Numbered from the stretch's first letter, positions 21,401 through 35,546 are shown. The stretch is DNA of 64,000 nt from Felis catus (GCF_018350175.1 NC_058368.1:158350001-158414000), one strand, 5' to 3'. Numbers and translations are program-made. The notes: generated by a model not told the origin, from the letters alone.

Positions 21401-23589
21401 GCGCGGGAGAGCCCTCGGCTGAGGCGGGAGCTGCGAAAGGGGAAACCCGTGCGGAGGGACCGCCGTAACCCCGCCGGGAATTCGCAAGAGTGCTGCACGT
21501 AAGGGAAACAGAGGAGGTGCAACGCAGGGCAGATCGGGCGGGAAGGAGCACCCCTTATGAATGCAGATCATTTTCTCTGAGTGTGTCTTTGAAACCTCCC
21601 CCCGCAACAGTGGTTAGCCTTTGGCACTCCCAGGGTTGGGCGCATTAAAAAAGGGTTGGTGCGGCCGTAGGTGACCCGGGAGGGACTCGAGCTTGCTTCT
21701 CTACGGAGCCTGGACGGGCTCGACGCCGGTTGGACTCAACTGGTGTCCATCATCTCGTCTCTGCAAATGGACTGGGAGCTCTTGGCCCGCCTCCGAAAGA
21801 AAAAGGAACCCAGAACAATTCTTTGTTGTGTGAAATGCTGAAACTTCTGGGCTTTTAGTGGACAGGAGTTATGCTAGGAGATGCCTCAGAGGAAGAAGGG
21901 GTTAGATACCTCCCTGGAACTTCCCCACCACTACCAAGGGGGCTACTCGGACCCCCCCCCCCCATTTGCTGCTCCCCATATTAAAACGCTTCCTCTGCGT
22001 TTTCAAATCAAATGACCATTTTCTACGCTCCCCTTAGAATATTAAGACTGGATGAAATGTCGAGAGAAATAAAGAAAGAAAGAGAAAAACCCTCTTTAAA
22101 TAATCGAGGGTAAATGAAATAATAAGACAGGAAAACGCAAGCTTTCATGCTCACCAAATGCTACAAGTTGGTGAGTGGACCAATCCCTCTGAGACCTTTT
22201 TTTTTTTTTTTTTTTTTTTTTTAACTATACTCAGGCTTTCTCCTCTCGGTTTAGTCTCTTTCCCTTTGAGAATTTGGGGATACAAAATTAACATCCTGTC
22301 CCAAGCCCCAAACAAGGTGAGATCAAGGGAAGTTTTTTCATTACAATTCAACCAGAAATGGGCTTTGGGATCAGGTGATGTTTTTCATCTGCAGCTGTGG
22401 TGGCAATGTGAGCGGATAGCTATAGCCTCCAAGGCCTCCAGATGTCAGTGAGTGATCCAGTTTGCTCACATGAGAACTTCTGTCCAGTAAACTCATGCAT
22501 GCTTTGTGGATCAGGAGAGGCAAATGGAAGATCTCCCACCAGGCATTTTGAATAATAGCAGGTGTTCCCTAGGAATCTAGGAAACCTTGTCTCATTAGGG
22601 ACTGTGATCACTTCCCAATTCACCTGTTCATTGAAAGCAACAAATAATGCCAACCTCATTTTGTGTTCTGTATGCACGTAATTAAAAAGGCAGAAAGGAA
22701 AAATAACCAAAATGACCAGTGACATTTTAAAGACTAATTTGTATGTTGTATCAATCAGGGTTCAATCACAGAGAAGAGAATCTATTCAAGGTATTTAATT
22801 TAAAAAGGATTTGTTGCAGGCTTTTACATGAGGCACCTAATCAGTGGGAAGGCTTAAAGAACACCCACTAGGAGGAGCTTCCAAGAACAAATTCCAAAAC
22901 CACAATGTAGAACCTGGCCACCATTGAAACTGGTTCTCTTGTCACAACTCAGAAGCCATCTGCTAAACTGGGCAGTTGTTAGCCCAGCCGCTGGCTTCAG
23001 AATCATGTCATGATGTTACAGTCTGCCCAGCAAAATCAACCTCTCAAGCCTGGCCTCTCTTTCCAATTAAAACTCAGTTTCAAATTCTACTCTCCTGCCA
23101 GTGCTTCTGTTTGGCGGAGCCTAATGTACACCCAGAGCTCTGGAGCAAGATCTGGGCAAAGAAGTATTTGCTTTCCAGACTGCAATGGAGTGAGGAATTC
23201 TGAAACAAGGTTGGAAGATGTACTGAGTAAGCCAATCACAATATTCACCACGAATATTAAACTGTATTGAAGGTGAGCAAATAAAAAAATAATTATGAGG
23301 AAGCCTCAAGTAATTTTGAATATTTTATGGACAAAAAAATAATAATTGTAAAATTGATTGTAAATCTAACTTATAAAAGGCATGGAGCACTTGGAAGTGT
23401 GATGTATGTTTGCCTCTGTGACAAACACTTTGCCAAGCATCAAGTATTACACTTTGCTACCTTTGAAATGTCTCTTGGGGCTTTTCTTTCCCACTTTTGT
23501 CTGTTCAGCACCCATTCTTTTCCTCCTTCTGGTAATGGTCTAGGATGAACATAGCAACCCCATTCTCTGGCCACAGTGACTGGTCCAAG

Positions 23590-24290
23590 TGACCGAGGCT
23601 GGCTGGGTCCGAGAACCCAGAGGGCATCCCACAGGACGAGCCAACAGAGTCCTTGTCTTCATGCAGAATAGAAATCAAATGCAAGCCAGGAGGAAGTGAG
23701 AGCAGAGTTTACTGAGGATATGGAGAGGGTATAGATACAGACAGAGCATTTTGAAGATTCAGAAAGGAAAGAAGAGTGAGTCTCGTCTTTGCTTGAGGTC
23801 TAGGGTTTTTATTGAGAATTGTGGTCTGGTGTAGGTGTCCTCTCAGGCACCTAGGAACTGGTCAAAACAAGGTGGCAAGTGCTCAAGTGTCCTACAGGAA
23901 TCATTTACCCCCTGGAGCCAAGGGTCTTGGCGTCAAGGTGTCTGGAAAACATAAATGATGACCTCACCTAGTCACTCCTTAGATGCTATCTATTGCGCTG
24001 GAAGACTCCAAAAAAAAAAAAAAAAATCATTAACTCCTTGACCCTTACAAGGAGGAGATACACTGTACTTACTATAAGGCATGTGTAAGGTGGGGGTGCA
24101 GGAAGAAAAGCAGGAAAAGGAGCAAAAACAGCAGTTCTTCATGGAGTCTCTACAGTTTCCCTGTCTCACAAGGATTGGCACATGACAAAAGCCAGGACAT
24201 TCAGAGGCTTTGCCCAGCATTATTCTGGCTGATGCTAGCCGAGAAGCCTCTTTTTTTCCCTTTTTCTTTGTGAGCCCAATGCTGTAAGAA
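23590..24290 (-). mobile_element. Probable solo LTR (family uncertain)
   Basis: LTR-like composition with a minus-strand AATAAA (ttttattgag near 23810); boundaries not resolved. Confidence 0.4.
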
Positions 24291-25206
24291 TATGGCCTTA
24301 GAGTTCCTGGCCAAATTCCCACTGTGGGGCATTGCCTATGAATATGAAACCCACACAAAAGAGGGAAAGAAGAAATTAGAGGCAGAGTTTGAGAGATTCC
24401 TTTGTTGTGCACATTTTCTGATTTCACCCTCTTGGCATGAAACTACCTCCTTCCTGAGGCTATTTCTTCAGTTTTGTGGGCCATCCCGCATCTTTCCAAT
24501 ACAGCAGCCGTTTTGGATTAAGGTTGGTTGAATTGGGTATCAGCTGCATGCAATTTTAAGACAGCAAACAAATCATAGTCTCAATTTTATAACCCACTAA
24601 CTCCACTACTCACTTGAAGGAAGGTAGTGTAGTGTCTTTTGTGTTCTGTGGGAAACATGAGATTTTTTTTTCTTTGTTTCCCATACATTGTTTGAAGTTG
24701 ATTAATCCAAATTCCAATGAAGCCTAAACCTGAACTACATTTCTAATCAACCAACTTGATGTAAGTAATTTTGATAATGTCACTCAATTTCAGATAAGCA
24801 GCCTCTAAGAACAACTCCATTTTTTCAAAGACTCATTGATAAAGCTGGGACAGCACAATCGCCCAGTCTTTACAATTGCTTGCTGTGTAGTCTGGAGAGC
24901 CCCGGAAATTTCCCTGACAATGGGAAGCAGCCAAAGGAAAAGTACTGGGACCCCAGGAAGGGAGAAGAGCCTATGGCTCCATGGGTCAGGCTTTGTAAGT
25001 TTTGGAGTGTGTATATGTGACAGAGAGAGGGGAAAAAAGGGAATCAAAACTTTTCCTACCAATAACACTCACGTATTACTTGCCTTTAAGCTTCCTCAAA
25101 GCTCGGTTATACTGTAAGTTTGAATGACTGAAAACCTGCCCCAGAATCTGTCTTTTCAGATACTACAAGACCAGATCAGATCAGCATTTAGAAATATGGC
25201 ATATGA

Positions 25207-25403
25207 GGGGCACCTGGGTGGCTCAATCAGTTAAGCATCTGATTCCAGCTCAGACCATGATCTCACAGTTTGTGAGTTCGAGCCCCATGTTGGGCTCTGC
25301 GCTGACAGCACGGAGCCTGCTTCAGATTCTGAGTCTCCCTCTCTCTCTGCCCCTCCCCTGCTCGTACTCTCTCTCTCTCAAAAATAAATAAACATAAAAA
25401 AAG
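25207..25403 (+). mobile_element. Can-SINE
   Basis: Head, (CT)n, AATAAA tail; imperfect TSD agaaatatggcatatga / agaaatacagcatatga. Confidence 0.92.
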
Positions 25404-25453
25404 AAATACAGCATATGAAATAATCACTCTCAAAAATGGTTTAAATTAGGGAT

Positions 25454-25667
25454 GGGGGCACGTGGGTGACTCAGTCAGTTAAGAATCCAACTCTTGGTTT
25501 CACCTCAGGTCACTATCTCACTGTCTCACGGAGCATTGGGCTCTGTGCTGACAGTGAGGAGCCTGCTTGGGATTCTCTCTCTCCCTCTCTCTCTGCCCCT
25601 CCCCTGCTTGTTCTGTCTCTGTCTCTTAAGAATAAATAAATAAACTTAAAAAAATTATAAATAAATA
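25454..25667 (+). mobile_element. Can-SINE
   Basis: Head, (CT)n, tail. Confidence 0.9.
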
Positions 25668-26051
25668 AGGGATGAGTTCTGAGTATTGACATCCACCTTT
25701 TTATAAACACTGTGTGCATTCAGCACAATATTCTAATATTTTGTGATGATATCGTTGCCTTCCATGACATCACCAAAAAACTGAGGATATAGACTTTCAT
25801 TAGCTATGGATTTAATATTAAAAGTTTTGACTATTTGGGGGTGACTTGAATGTCTAGAACTTGAATAGTTGGTAATTTCACTGAGGTGTGAATTAGAATT
25901 ATAATGAACTAATGCCAGAGAAGGAGCCACTTGACCCTTGAGTGGACCTATCCAACCATGCAGAATCCATACCCCAATCCAATCCTGTTCTCCATTCATC
26001 ATCACAGGTGCAGTCAATTTCTGAAGTGATAAAAATCTCAAAACAACAAAC

Positions 26052-26238
26052 AGGGCACCTGGGTAACTCAGTTAAGTGTCTGACTCTTGATTTCAGCTCA
26101 GGTCATGATCTTACAGTTCGTGGGATTGAGCCCCATGTCTGTGCTGGCAGTGCAGCACCTGCTTGGGATTCTCTCACTGTCTCTCTTTCTCTGCCCCTCT
26201 CTTGCTCTCAAAATAAATAAATAAACATTAAAAAAATA
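26052..26238 (+). mobile_element. Can-SINE
   Basis: Head, CT tract, tail. Confidence 0.9.
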
Positions 26239-26959
26239 AGCTGCATTTCTAAAACTTCATTAAGGATCTTGAAGGGGTCACAAATTTTTAAAATTCATTT
26301 TACTCCATTTTCCAGGAGAAAGTATATACTCAAAATGTATTTAAAATTGGGAGTCATGCAAAAGCCTTGCAAGAGTCCTGTACAGACTTCTCTGTGGGCA
26401 GATCGAGAAGAAAAGCAGGCCTGGCCCTTTAGTTCCATGGACCCAGCTGAAACACAAGGTGAAGAAAGGGGCAGAGGGGTTCCTTATCTATCACCAGGTA
26501 CTGGCAGTCATGTCCTATACCTAGATGAGTACCAAAGTCAGAGCAAGAAAAAGTCAAAACTAGGAGCTCTGTGAAAACTAGCAGATGAAACATATCGTTT
26601 GGAAAGGAGATCTCAAAGCAGTAGGAAATCTGAACCTGGTAAAAGCATGAGTGTTGAAAAGGAGCACATCTCAGTAATAAAAACTGGCATATTTTGAACA
26701 TTTCCTGTGTGTTAAGCGCTATGAAGTGTGTCACTTAATTCTAACAACAACACTCTAGGGTATGCTCCATTTTCATTCCCATCAATAAAACTGAGGCTCT
26801 GTAAGGTAAGTAACTTGTGGGATATATGGCTAGGAAGTGAGAGGAGCCAGGTTAGTGGTGGGCCCAGGATGAATTCTAGAGATTACGTGCTTCTGCTTTT
26901 CACATCTCTCCTAGTGTAGGTTTACTTTTGTAACATCTTAGTTTAAGAGGGATCAGTGA

Positions 26960-27093
26960 GGGACACCTGGGTGGCTCAGTCGGTTAAGCGTCCGACTTTG
27001 GCTCAGGTCATGATCTCGCGGTTCATGGGTTCGAGCCCTACATCGGGTTCTGTGCTGACAGCTCAGAGCCTGGAGCCTATTTCAGATTCTGTG
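26960..27093 (+). mobile_element. 3'-truncated Can-SINE (no CT tract or tail)
   Basis: Intact head through ...ttcagattctgtg, then an abrupt return to duplicated flank. Confidence 0.9.
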
Positions 27094-27814
27094 CTTTTCA
27101 AATCTCTCCTAGTGTAGGGTTACTTATGTAACATCTTAGTTTAAAAGGGATCAGTGAGGGGTGGATGCTTCCAAGTGTGGTTATGATCTTACCCTCAGTC
27201 TAGTCACCCAACCTATGAGCCATTCATACATTACCATCTAGGGCCTTTGTCCATTTACCCCTCAACCTTACCAGGGCCTGTCAATATTACTTCTAAAAGG
27301 TGTCTTGAATCTTTCTCTTCCTCTTCATTCCTGTTGCCTCCAGTCCTCTCACCTGTGCTTTTGTAAATATCCTCTTAACTAGTGCTTTAACTTCTAACTT
27401 CCTCTTCTTCAATCTGGTTCCTATACTGTCATCTGTATAAACCACTATCCTAGACAAGCATGAGGCCCAGAAATCTAAACCAGGAAGCCAGAGTTGTCAA
27501 GGAAGGGATTACGAGAACAACTACTATGATGGGGGAGGGGGGAGGAGGACAGGTACAGGGAGTGGATGAGGAGGGAAGCAGAATCAGAAAGATTGTCCAG
27601 TGAAAAGTTGGGGTCAGAAACCTAAATAAAGTGAAGAGAAGGTACCATTTCAACTAGAACCAGCAGAAATCCAAACACTGGCTCTCAAGCAGAGAGGCTA
27701 TAACTAGATTCAGCCAGAAAAACAAGTTCAGAAAGTGTGCCAATAGACATAATGATTTCTTATATAGGACTTTATTATGCCTGTGAGTGGGAAGAGATGG
27801 GTGCCCTTGAGAAC

Positions 27815-28376
27815 ATGCTATTATGCTCTACTATGCTATGTAACAACTTTAGCCCCCAGAAACAACACACATTTATTGCCTCACTGTTTCTGTAGGTCTG
27901 GAGTACAGGTGCAACCTATCTGAGTCCTTTGCTGGGGGTCTCACAGGCAGCGATTAAGACGATATCCAAGACTGTGGTCTCATCCAAGGCTTGACTAAGG
28001 AAGGATCCCCTTCCAAGCTCACTTCATTGTTGGTAGAATTCAGTTCCATTAGTTTATAGGACTGAGCACATCAGTTTCTTGGAGCTGTTGACTGAAGTCT
28101 GCCCTCATCTCCCAGAGACTACCTGCAGTTCGTTACCGTGTGGGGTCCCCCAGCATGTCTGTCTGCCTTCTCAAAGCCAGCTAAGGAGGGAGCAACTGAG
28201 TCAAAGTGAGCTTTACACTCTTAAATAACACAATCACATAACCATTTACATCCCATCAACTTTTAGTTAGAAGCAAGTGGCAGGTCTTGCTCATACTCTC
28301 AGGTCAGGGGTCACACAGGGACATGGCTACCAGGAGGCAGGGGTCTGGGGGCCACCTTAGGAGTCTATCCATCACA
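27815..28376 (-). mobile_element. MaLR solo LTR (MLT1-like)
   Basis: aaacaacacacatttattgcctcactgtttctgtaggtc, ttccaagctcact, gttagaagcaagt; ends ...atcaca. Confidence 0.75.
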
Positions 28377-31300
28377 GGTACCAAAAAAACTTGACACCAC
28401 TTGTTACCTTTCCACTTTTCCTAACGTCCAATCCCATTACCCTAATCCAGGGCCACACTATTTCTTGCCTAGATACTGCAACAGCCTCCAAATTCCCCTC
28501 ATTTCCATGCTTGCCTCCTTATAAGGCATTCCACAAAGCAGGCGAAATGGACAAAATGGATTAGAATCTTAGCCTCTCACTCAAGTGTGCAAAAAGCAAC
28601 ACATTTTAAAATTTTATTTAAGGTAACAAATTCTATTCTAAGATTCTGTCCCAGCAGATTGTTGGGATATCTGTTCTCAATTATTACTGCCTTCATTCCA
28701 CACTTCCCCAGAGCACAACCATTGTCCCAAGGTCTTAAGCACTGTCAAAATATCCCAGGGTCGTGAGCAGCCCAGTCTTAGGTTCCTACTGGTTATCATG
28801 GAGATGCTCCCTCAGCTTCCAGTCCAGGGGATCTGCTGCCTCCAGGCAGTTCAGAGAGAGCTTCGACCCTAGGGTCTATCCTTCCTAAAGGATCTGAGAT
28901 CTTGAGATCTTGAGATCTCTGCAGGAACACTCTCAGCTAGTGGTACATGTGTTCCTTCTATCTTTGGAATGTACATACCTTCAACTTAACCTAGGCTGGG
29001 AATTTAAAAATCTCTCTTGCTATTTTCCCTTTCCTCTGCCCCCAGCTGATTCACCAAAATGTTCAGATTTTATCAACTTAGATGTTGCTTTCAAGCAAGT
29101 TCTGCCTTAGGGTATACAAATGACCCTGCAACAGGGAAATTAAACTATCTCAGTTATCTGCTTGAGATAGAGGACTAAACAATATGGGGAGAAAAACACA
29201 CAAATTAATACTTTAATTACTTTTCTTTTACTATCTTCCATCAGTAAATCTGCATATTCAGAGAGAAAAATCCCACCCCTTCTAACTTCCTCCAAGAGGA
29301 TGGAACTCAAGTTTCTATTCTGAAGCATCTTGCCCTGGACAGGAACTCTTTTAAAAAATTGACACCTGCTTGTGGAGGACAAGAGTCCTGAACTCCCAAG
29401 GCAGGCAGGTGAATGTAGGCACAGGTGAATTTCTCACTCTAGCAGACCCATTTCCTAGAGACAATTCCCTTGGAAATAGTCCTTCTTGGCATTGGCTCCA
29501 TCTCATGTAGGCCATTAGGCCCAGACCCATTATTTTCTGAGGGTAGTAAGCCTCAGAGGAAATTTACCTGCACCAGGTGAGACTACAAATAGAGGTCTGC
29601 CTTCCAATTTGAATCTCCAGTAATGTCACCTATTCTCGGGGCCCTTCTCTCATGAACCACCCCACATTAACTCACCCAGTCAAACTAGGACATAGCCCAC
29701 ATTAAGGAGGAAAGCCAGAAAATGGCTGCTCTGTGAGTGGCTAGGGCCTTTCCCTGTTTCTTTTTACCCCTGTTAGATGAGACTCCCTAAAGTCTGTTGT
29801 CCTTTCCTCCACCCATACCTCAAGAGTCTCATTTCCCACCTTCCCCTCTGCACTTCAGCTACACTAGCCTTCTAGTTTTTCTAGTGCACTGTTCTTCTTC
29901 CAGCCTCACGACCTTACTACATGCTATTCTAGCCACCTGAATCTCCCTAGCCCCTGCTTCTCCTAACCTACTCTTATTCATCCAATTCTCAGGTGTCTCT
30001 GCTTTATCTCTCTGAGAGGGCATGAGGGCATAGGTGCCAACCATATCTAACCCTTTGAGAAACCAGAGGAGTTCCACTGTCTGGTCTGTCTCTGATTTCC
30101 CAAGATCACCCTGTACCCTATCAAGTAATTAATTACTTAGCTCTGTCATTGCTAGGAGTGAGTTCCCACTTTTTAAAGAAAAAAAAATACTATGAAATAT
30201 TTAAGAGATATATGACACATCTTTGACCCAGCACCCGACTAAAGCAATCAAACACTGTGAATATAGTTCAATCACTGAGGGTTCTTTCTGAGTGTCATCT
30301 ACAATAAAATTTCCATTTTTCTCACAAGTCTTTGGCACTTCTATTATTGACTGTCTTGGCTTTCCCACAAGTCCCTAGCACTTCTGTTACTGGCTGTCTT
30401 GGATTTGTTTTGCTTCTAACTCTGAGCAGTACCATATCTAGTCTTCCTGTGGCTTTGGTATCCTATCCAAGTTAGTTTCTTACCATGTGCTCCTACAGTA
30501 TATTAATAGACTGATTCGGTGGGTGCTGAGCAACTCTTTACTTCACAGCCAGCTCTTTGGGAATCTATGGAAGGGTTCTCCAATTCTGGAGTCCAAAATC
30601 TGGCTCAGAAACAATCAGTGTTCCCCTATTAAGTCTCTTTCTTTCTGAAGAAATAGGACCATGGCTGGAGTTACTAAAATGGACACATCTGGGCTGGTTT
30701 CCCTTGCCTGAACAGTTGAAGTGGAGATTCAGAGGGGTGTTGAGTGCAGTCAAGCTGAGCTTAAAGCAGAATGTGGTACCAAATTTTTCTCCTGCCCAAA
30801 CCTGTTTTAAGTTCTAAATAGGAAAGATCAATGGGCCAGAATCTTCTGTACTACTGCCCATCATGGCTATGTAATTGCAGATACAATCTTGTCATCCTGC
30901 TAGAGTGAATTTAAGAATTAATATGCTGTATTCATACCCAAAGCCTGATGTTCAAATATTTAGTCAAACTCACTTGACAACACAAATTACCTCAGAAGTT
31001 ATATTCCTCAGACATTCTAATGGCAGGCTGTTTTGGTGCCCAGGTGTCTGCCTCTGCTGTAGTTCTTGGTCAGGCCTGAACCAGGACCCAAATATCTCTT
31101 CTACTCACCTAGAAGTTTTGTCCCCATATGTAAATTGATTCCTAATTTTCCTGCTTAAAACACCTTAATGGCTTCTCTTGACACATCCGAAGGTCTAAGA
31201 GTCTCAGTGATCAAATCCCAACTTTCCAAATCATTATACCTCTTCTCTAATATCTTTTATTTTCTTCTATATCTCTTTTCTTTGCTAGGTTTCTACCATG

Positions 31301-31491
31301 CTAATCTTCTTTCTACAAACATGCTGAGCAGTTTTCTGCTTCACACATGCTATTCTCTTACCCTGGAAAACTTTTCCCTCCTGGCAACCATGAGATTTCA
31401 AATTAAACACTACCTTTTCTGACTCCCTTAACAAAAGGTAGTCGCACATCCTTTATTATTTAACACAGCTATAATCACAATTTTTTACTCC

Positions 31492-31701
31492 TTTTTAATG
31501 TTTTTAATGTTTACTTATTTTTGAGAGAGAGACAGAGCATGAGCAGGGGAGGGGCAGATGAGAGGGAAACAGAGAATCTGAAGCAGGCTCCAGGCTCCAA
31601 GCTGTCCGCACAGAGCCTGACGCTGGACCTGAACCCATGAGCCGTGAGATCATGACCTGAGCTGAAGTCGGACACTTAACCAATTGAGCCACCCAGGTGC
31701 C
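31492..31701 (-). mobile_element. Can-SINE
   Basis: Typical body on minus strand. Confidence 0.9.
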
Positions 31702-31879
31702 TCTACTCCTTTTAAAATTTTTTTGCTTTCTTGGTCTTTGGTCAGTCTCCTCAGCTAGCTAATAAGTTCCATGAGGCCAGAACCTATGTCTCCTTTTCAC
31801 CTAAGCATAGCTTTCACTGGATCCCACAAATTTTGATAGGTTATATTTTCATTTTCATTCAGTTCAAAATACCTTTTAA

Positions 31880-32354
31880 TTTCTTTTTTTTTATTTTTAA
31901 GATTTTTTTTTTATAAGTTGATTTATTTATTTTAGAAAAAGAGCAAGAGCAAGCAGGGGAGGGGCAGAGAGAGAAAGAGAGATAGAGAATCCCAAGCAGG
32001 CTCCACACTGCCAGCACGGAGCCCAATGTGGGGCTCAAACTTACGAACTGTGAGGTCATGGCTTGAGCGGAAATCAAGAGTTGGACACTTACGAAATTGA
32101 GCACCCCAGGCACCTCCTTCTTAATTTCTTTAAAAAAAATTTTTTTATACATTTATTCATTTTTAAGAGACCAAGAGGGACAGAGTGTGAATGGGGAAGG
32201 GGCAGAGAGTGAGACAGAGACACGGAATCCAAAGCAGGCTCCAGGCTCTGAGCTGTCAGCATAGAGTCCTACATAGGGCTCAAACTCACAAACCATGAGA
32301 TCATGACCTGAGCCGAAATCAGATGCTTAACTGACTGAGCCACCCAGGCTCCCC
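31880..32354 (-). mobile_element. Two adjacent Can-SINEs (31880-32115 and 32140-32354) within an old minus-strand L1 fragment (~31805-32660)
   Basis: Two SINE bodies; flanks carry L1 ORF2 antisense motifs (atcccacaaattttgatag, aatgttccatgtgagctggagaa). Confidence 0.85.
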
Positions 32355-33639
32355 TCCATTTTAATTTCTTTTGAGGAATCTTCTTTGACCTATGTGTTAT
32401 TTAGAAGTGTGTTATTTGGTCTTCAGATACTTTAGGATTTCTGGCTATCTTTCTATTATCAACTTTTAGTTCAATCCCATTGTAGTCTGAAAGCATACTT
32501 TATATGATATTTATTCTTTTAAATTTGGTAAACCATGTTTTATGGTCCAGACTGTGGTCTGTCTTGGCAAATGTTCCATGTGAGCTGGAGAATATGTATC
32601 CTGCTACCATTAGATGAAGTATTCTATAAATGTCAATTAGACCCAGTTGATTAATGGCTATGTCCCTTTTTCACCATTGTATCCTTGGGATGTAACAGAG
32701 AACATGACCCATAGAATGTGCTCCAAAAGGTTATTGAATAAGAGGAGAAGGATCAAGTAAGAGGAAGGATGGATACAGAGATTTCACATGTTACTCCCCT
32801 GATCCAAAGCTTTCAGTAGTTCACTATAATCTATACAATACATTTTAACTCTAGTGTTCTTCCCGTTCAATAGTAACATGTCCTAATCTGTTTGCTCTCT
32901 TTCTTCTGTTGTAACAAACACAATTATTTTAAGTACCACTGTAGAAGGGGTAAAAAAAAACAAAACAAAACAAAAAACAAACTACTGCCAAAAAAATTGT
33001 GAGATGCCATTAATTTTGGAGATGTTTAAATATGAAAAAACTTGAGTCATGGAGTTGATAAAAATCTTGTAACTAGCTACATTTCTGTCCTACCTGATGG
33101 ATGGATTCATAGCTTGTTTCTCTTTGTGTCCCCAGCACCAAAGTAAATGGCATCGAATAGACACTCAATAACATTAGTTAAGATATTTGATGTGTCCCTC
33201 ATTCCCTGTCACCAGGCGCCTGGCTCTCCTTCATTCCCTGGCCTCCTACCTTTTGTGCTCCAAAGCTGCCAGTGTTCCTGGCTGACCAGAGATTTTAATT
33301 TCTTTTGAAATGCATTGTCTACATAAAAACATGACACTTTTTCACTTTTCTCATGACTTTGCTGGAGGCTGTTGGCTACATGACAGCTAAGTATCTACGG
33401 AACTCACAGGTGTCTTCTGGAAGCTACTGTGGGAAAGTGACCTCCTCCCCTGCTCTGTCCACTCCCTCCAGGCCTTTGCTTCCAGCCTGATGACAGTTGC
33501 CAGTGAAGTTGTAGGCTCTGTGGCAAACCAGTGGGAAAGAAAATTTGGGCGGGGAGAACTTTGGGAAGCTTCAGATAAGTTGTTAATTATTCCTGTTTAT
33601 TCACAGGGATGGCCTTTCTCTCAGCTTTATCTATTTTTT

Positions 33640-33864
33640 TCTTTTTTTTTTTTAATTTTTTTTTAACGTTTTATTTTTGAGACAGAGAGAGACAGAGCAT
33701 GAACAGGGGAGGGGCAGAGAGAGAGGGAGACACAGAATCTGAAACAGGCTCCAGGCTCTGAGCTGTCAGCACAGAGCCCCACGCGGGGCTCGAACTCACG
33801 GACCGTGAGATCATGACCTGAGCCAAAGTCGGACGCTTAACCGACCAAGCCACCCAGGCGCCCC
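33640..33864 (-). mobile_element. Fairly young Can-SINE
   Basis: CpG retained; TSD agctttatctatttt. Confidence 0.94.
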
Positions 33865-33977
33865 AGCTTTATCTATTTTTAATATCTAGTTAGGAAAAAC
33901 AAAAAGAAATAAGTGAAACTCAGGGATCTTCAACCTAGTCAAATAAACCCTATTTTTTAAATCCCTTTTACATAGCA

Positions 33978-34171
33978 CTTTTTTTTTAAGCTTATTTATT
34001 TATTTTGAGAGAAAGGGGACAAGCCGAGGGGAAACAGAGAGAGAGGGAGAGAGAATCCCAAGCAGGCTCCTGCACTGTCCATGCAGGGCCTGACCTCACA
34101 AACTATGACATCATGACCTGAGCCAAAATCAAGAGTAGGATACTTAATCGACTGAGCCACCCAGGTGCCCC
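33978..34171 (-). mobile_element. Can-SINE
   Basis: Typical body. Confidence 0.88.
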
Positions 34172-35386
34172 TAAAACTTTTTAAAAAGAATGAACCCCAA
34201 TGGGTATATTGGTGGCATGAAAGTAGCCTCTTGGTTCAGCCACACTGGTGTTTTGTTTTGTTTATTTGTTTGTTTTAAACATGTGTGAATTGGCTATGCA
34301 TTCTCTAGTTGGCCAGCACATCATTTCCTAACCATTTTACTGCGGTACATTCATATACTGTATTCCTATTATCCACTGGACCCTTCAAAGTATCTGAATT
34401 TTTGGCCCCTGCCTTGAAGGTGGGGTTTTTCTTCTCCAGAAGGACCTCCCACCTCACCATGTCCCCTTCATTTTTTACCCTCATTTTAAGATTAATTGGA
34501 CATTAGAGATGGGTCAGATTCTCTAACTGTAAGGAAAACTATTCCCTGATGATGAAAGAAACTGGTTATAGAAATGTTTATTAGATATATTTATTGGTGC
34601 AGAGTGTAGCTATAAAAATAATCCCTGCTTTTTTTTTTTTTTTTACCACACTCAAATACCCATGGTATTTATGAGGCAGTATTGACAAGGGAGGGGATGG
34701 ATGGAATTAACAAATAGTGCTACAACGTTAACATTTAGTATTATATTAACAATTCTGGGATCCAATACCTACCTTGTAACCCCAGTTCCAGTTCACATCT
34801 TTCCAAACACATATTCCCTGTGTTCTGGCGTGGGTTTAGTCCAGCACAGGCAGAGGAGGGTAGAGGCGGATAAAAGTGCAGACCCTTGGAGAAGTTCTAG
34901 CGAGCCCTTTAATTCATGACCACAAGGGACACATGGTCTTTTATCTCCCTTCTATCTCCCTTTTTAAGTCAGTTGGAGGTGGAAGACACTGGAGTAAGAA
35001 GTTAAAAATAACACTGAAATATTTCCCTCTGTTTATGAAGTAAAAATACAAAAACGTTTTCTGGAATTGGGTGCTTTTAATCTTAAAGCAGTAATAGTAG
35101 TTCCCATTTTACTTTTCCCCTCCACTTCACCTTTCCCCTGACTTCTACCCATTGCATGCCACTCACCTCCCTGAAAAAAAAAAAAAGTTCCCAAATGCTG
35201 ATTTGAAGAACACAAAGACCCCTGTATGGGCTGAAACCCCATGAGTATAATAGAAGAGTAGTGAGTCCTGAGACAGTGACCATTATTTTTCCTACTGGGC
35301 CAATTTAAAGTCAAATTTATTAGGTTTCATAATTATTTTCCAAGTAAGACTTTTTAATTCACAGACTAACCTATTTAAAGCTATTA

Positions 35387-35546
35387 GGGGCACCTGAATG
35401 ACTCACTCAGTTAAGCCTCTTGATTTCAGCTCAGGTCATAACCTCATGGTTCATGAGTTCTAGCCCTGCAGAGGGCTCTGAGCTGACAGCATGGAGTCTG
35501 CTTGGGATGCTCTCTCTCCTTTTACTCTGTCCTTCTCCCCACTTGT

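Larger units (their letters stand above)
20860..21800. promoter_or_regulatory. ERAP1: CpG island / ERAP1 promoter
   Basis: Abrupt GC- and CpG-rich segment in an AT-rich background, with GC boxes (ccccgccc, ggcggg), about 6.3 kb upstream of the first coding exon. Confidence 0.9.

Noticed and set aside
20604..21607. Long overlapping ORFs (up to 252 aa) on both strands
   Set aside because: Low-complexity Arg/Gly/Pro/Ala translations expected from stop-codon scarcity in a CpG island; no recognisable domain.
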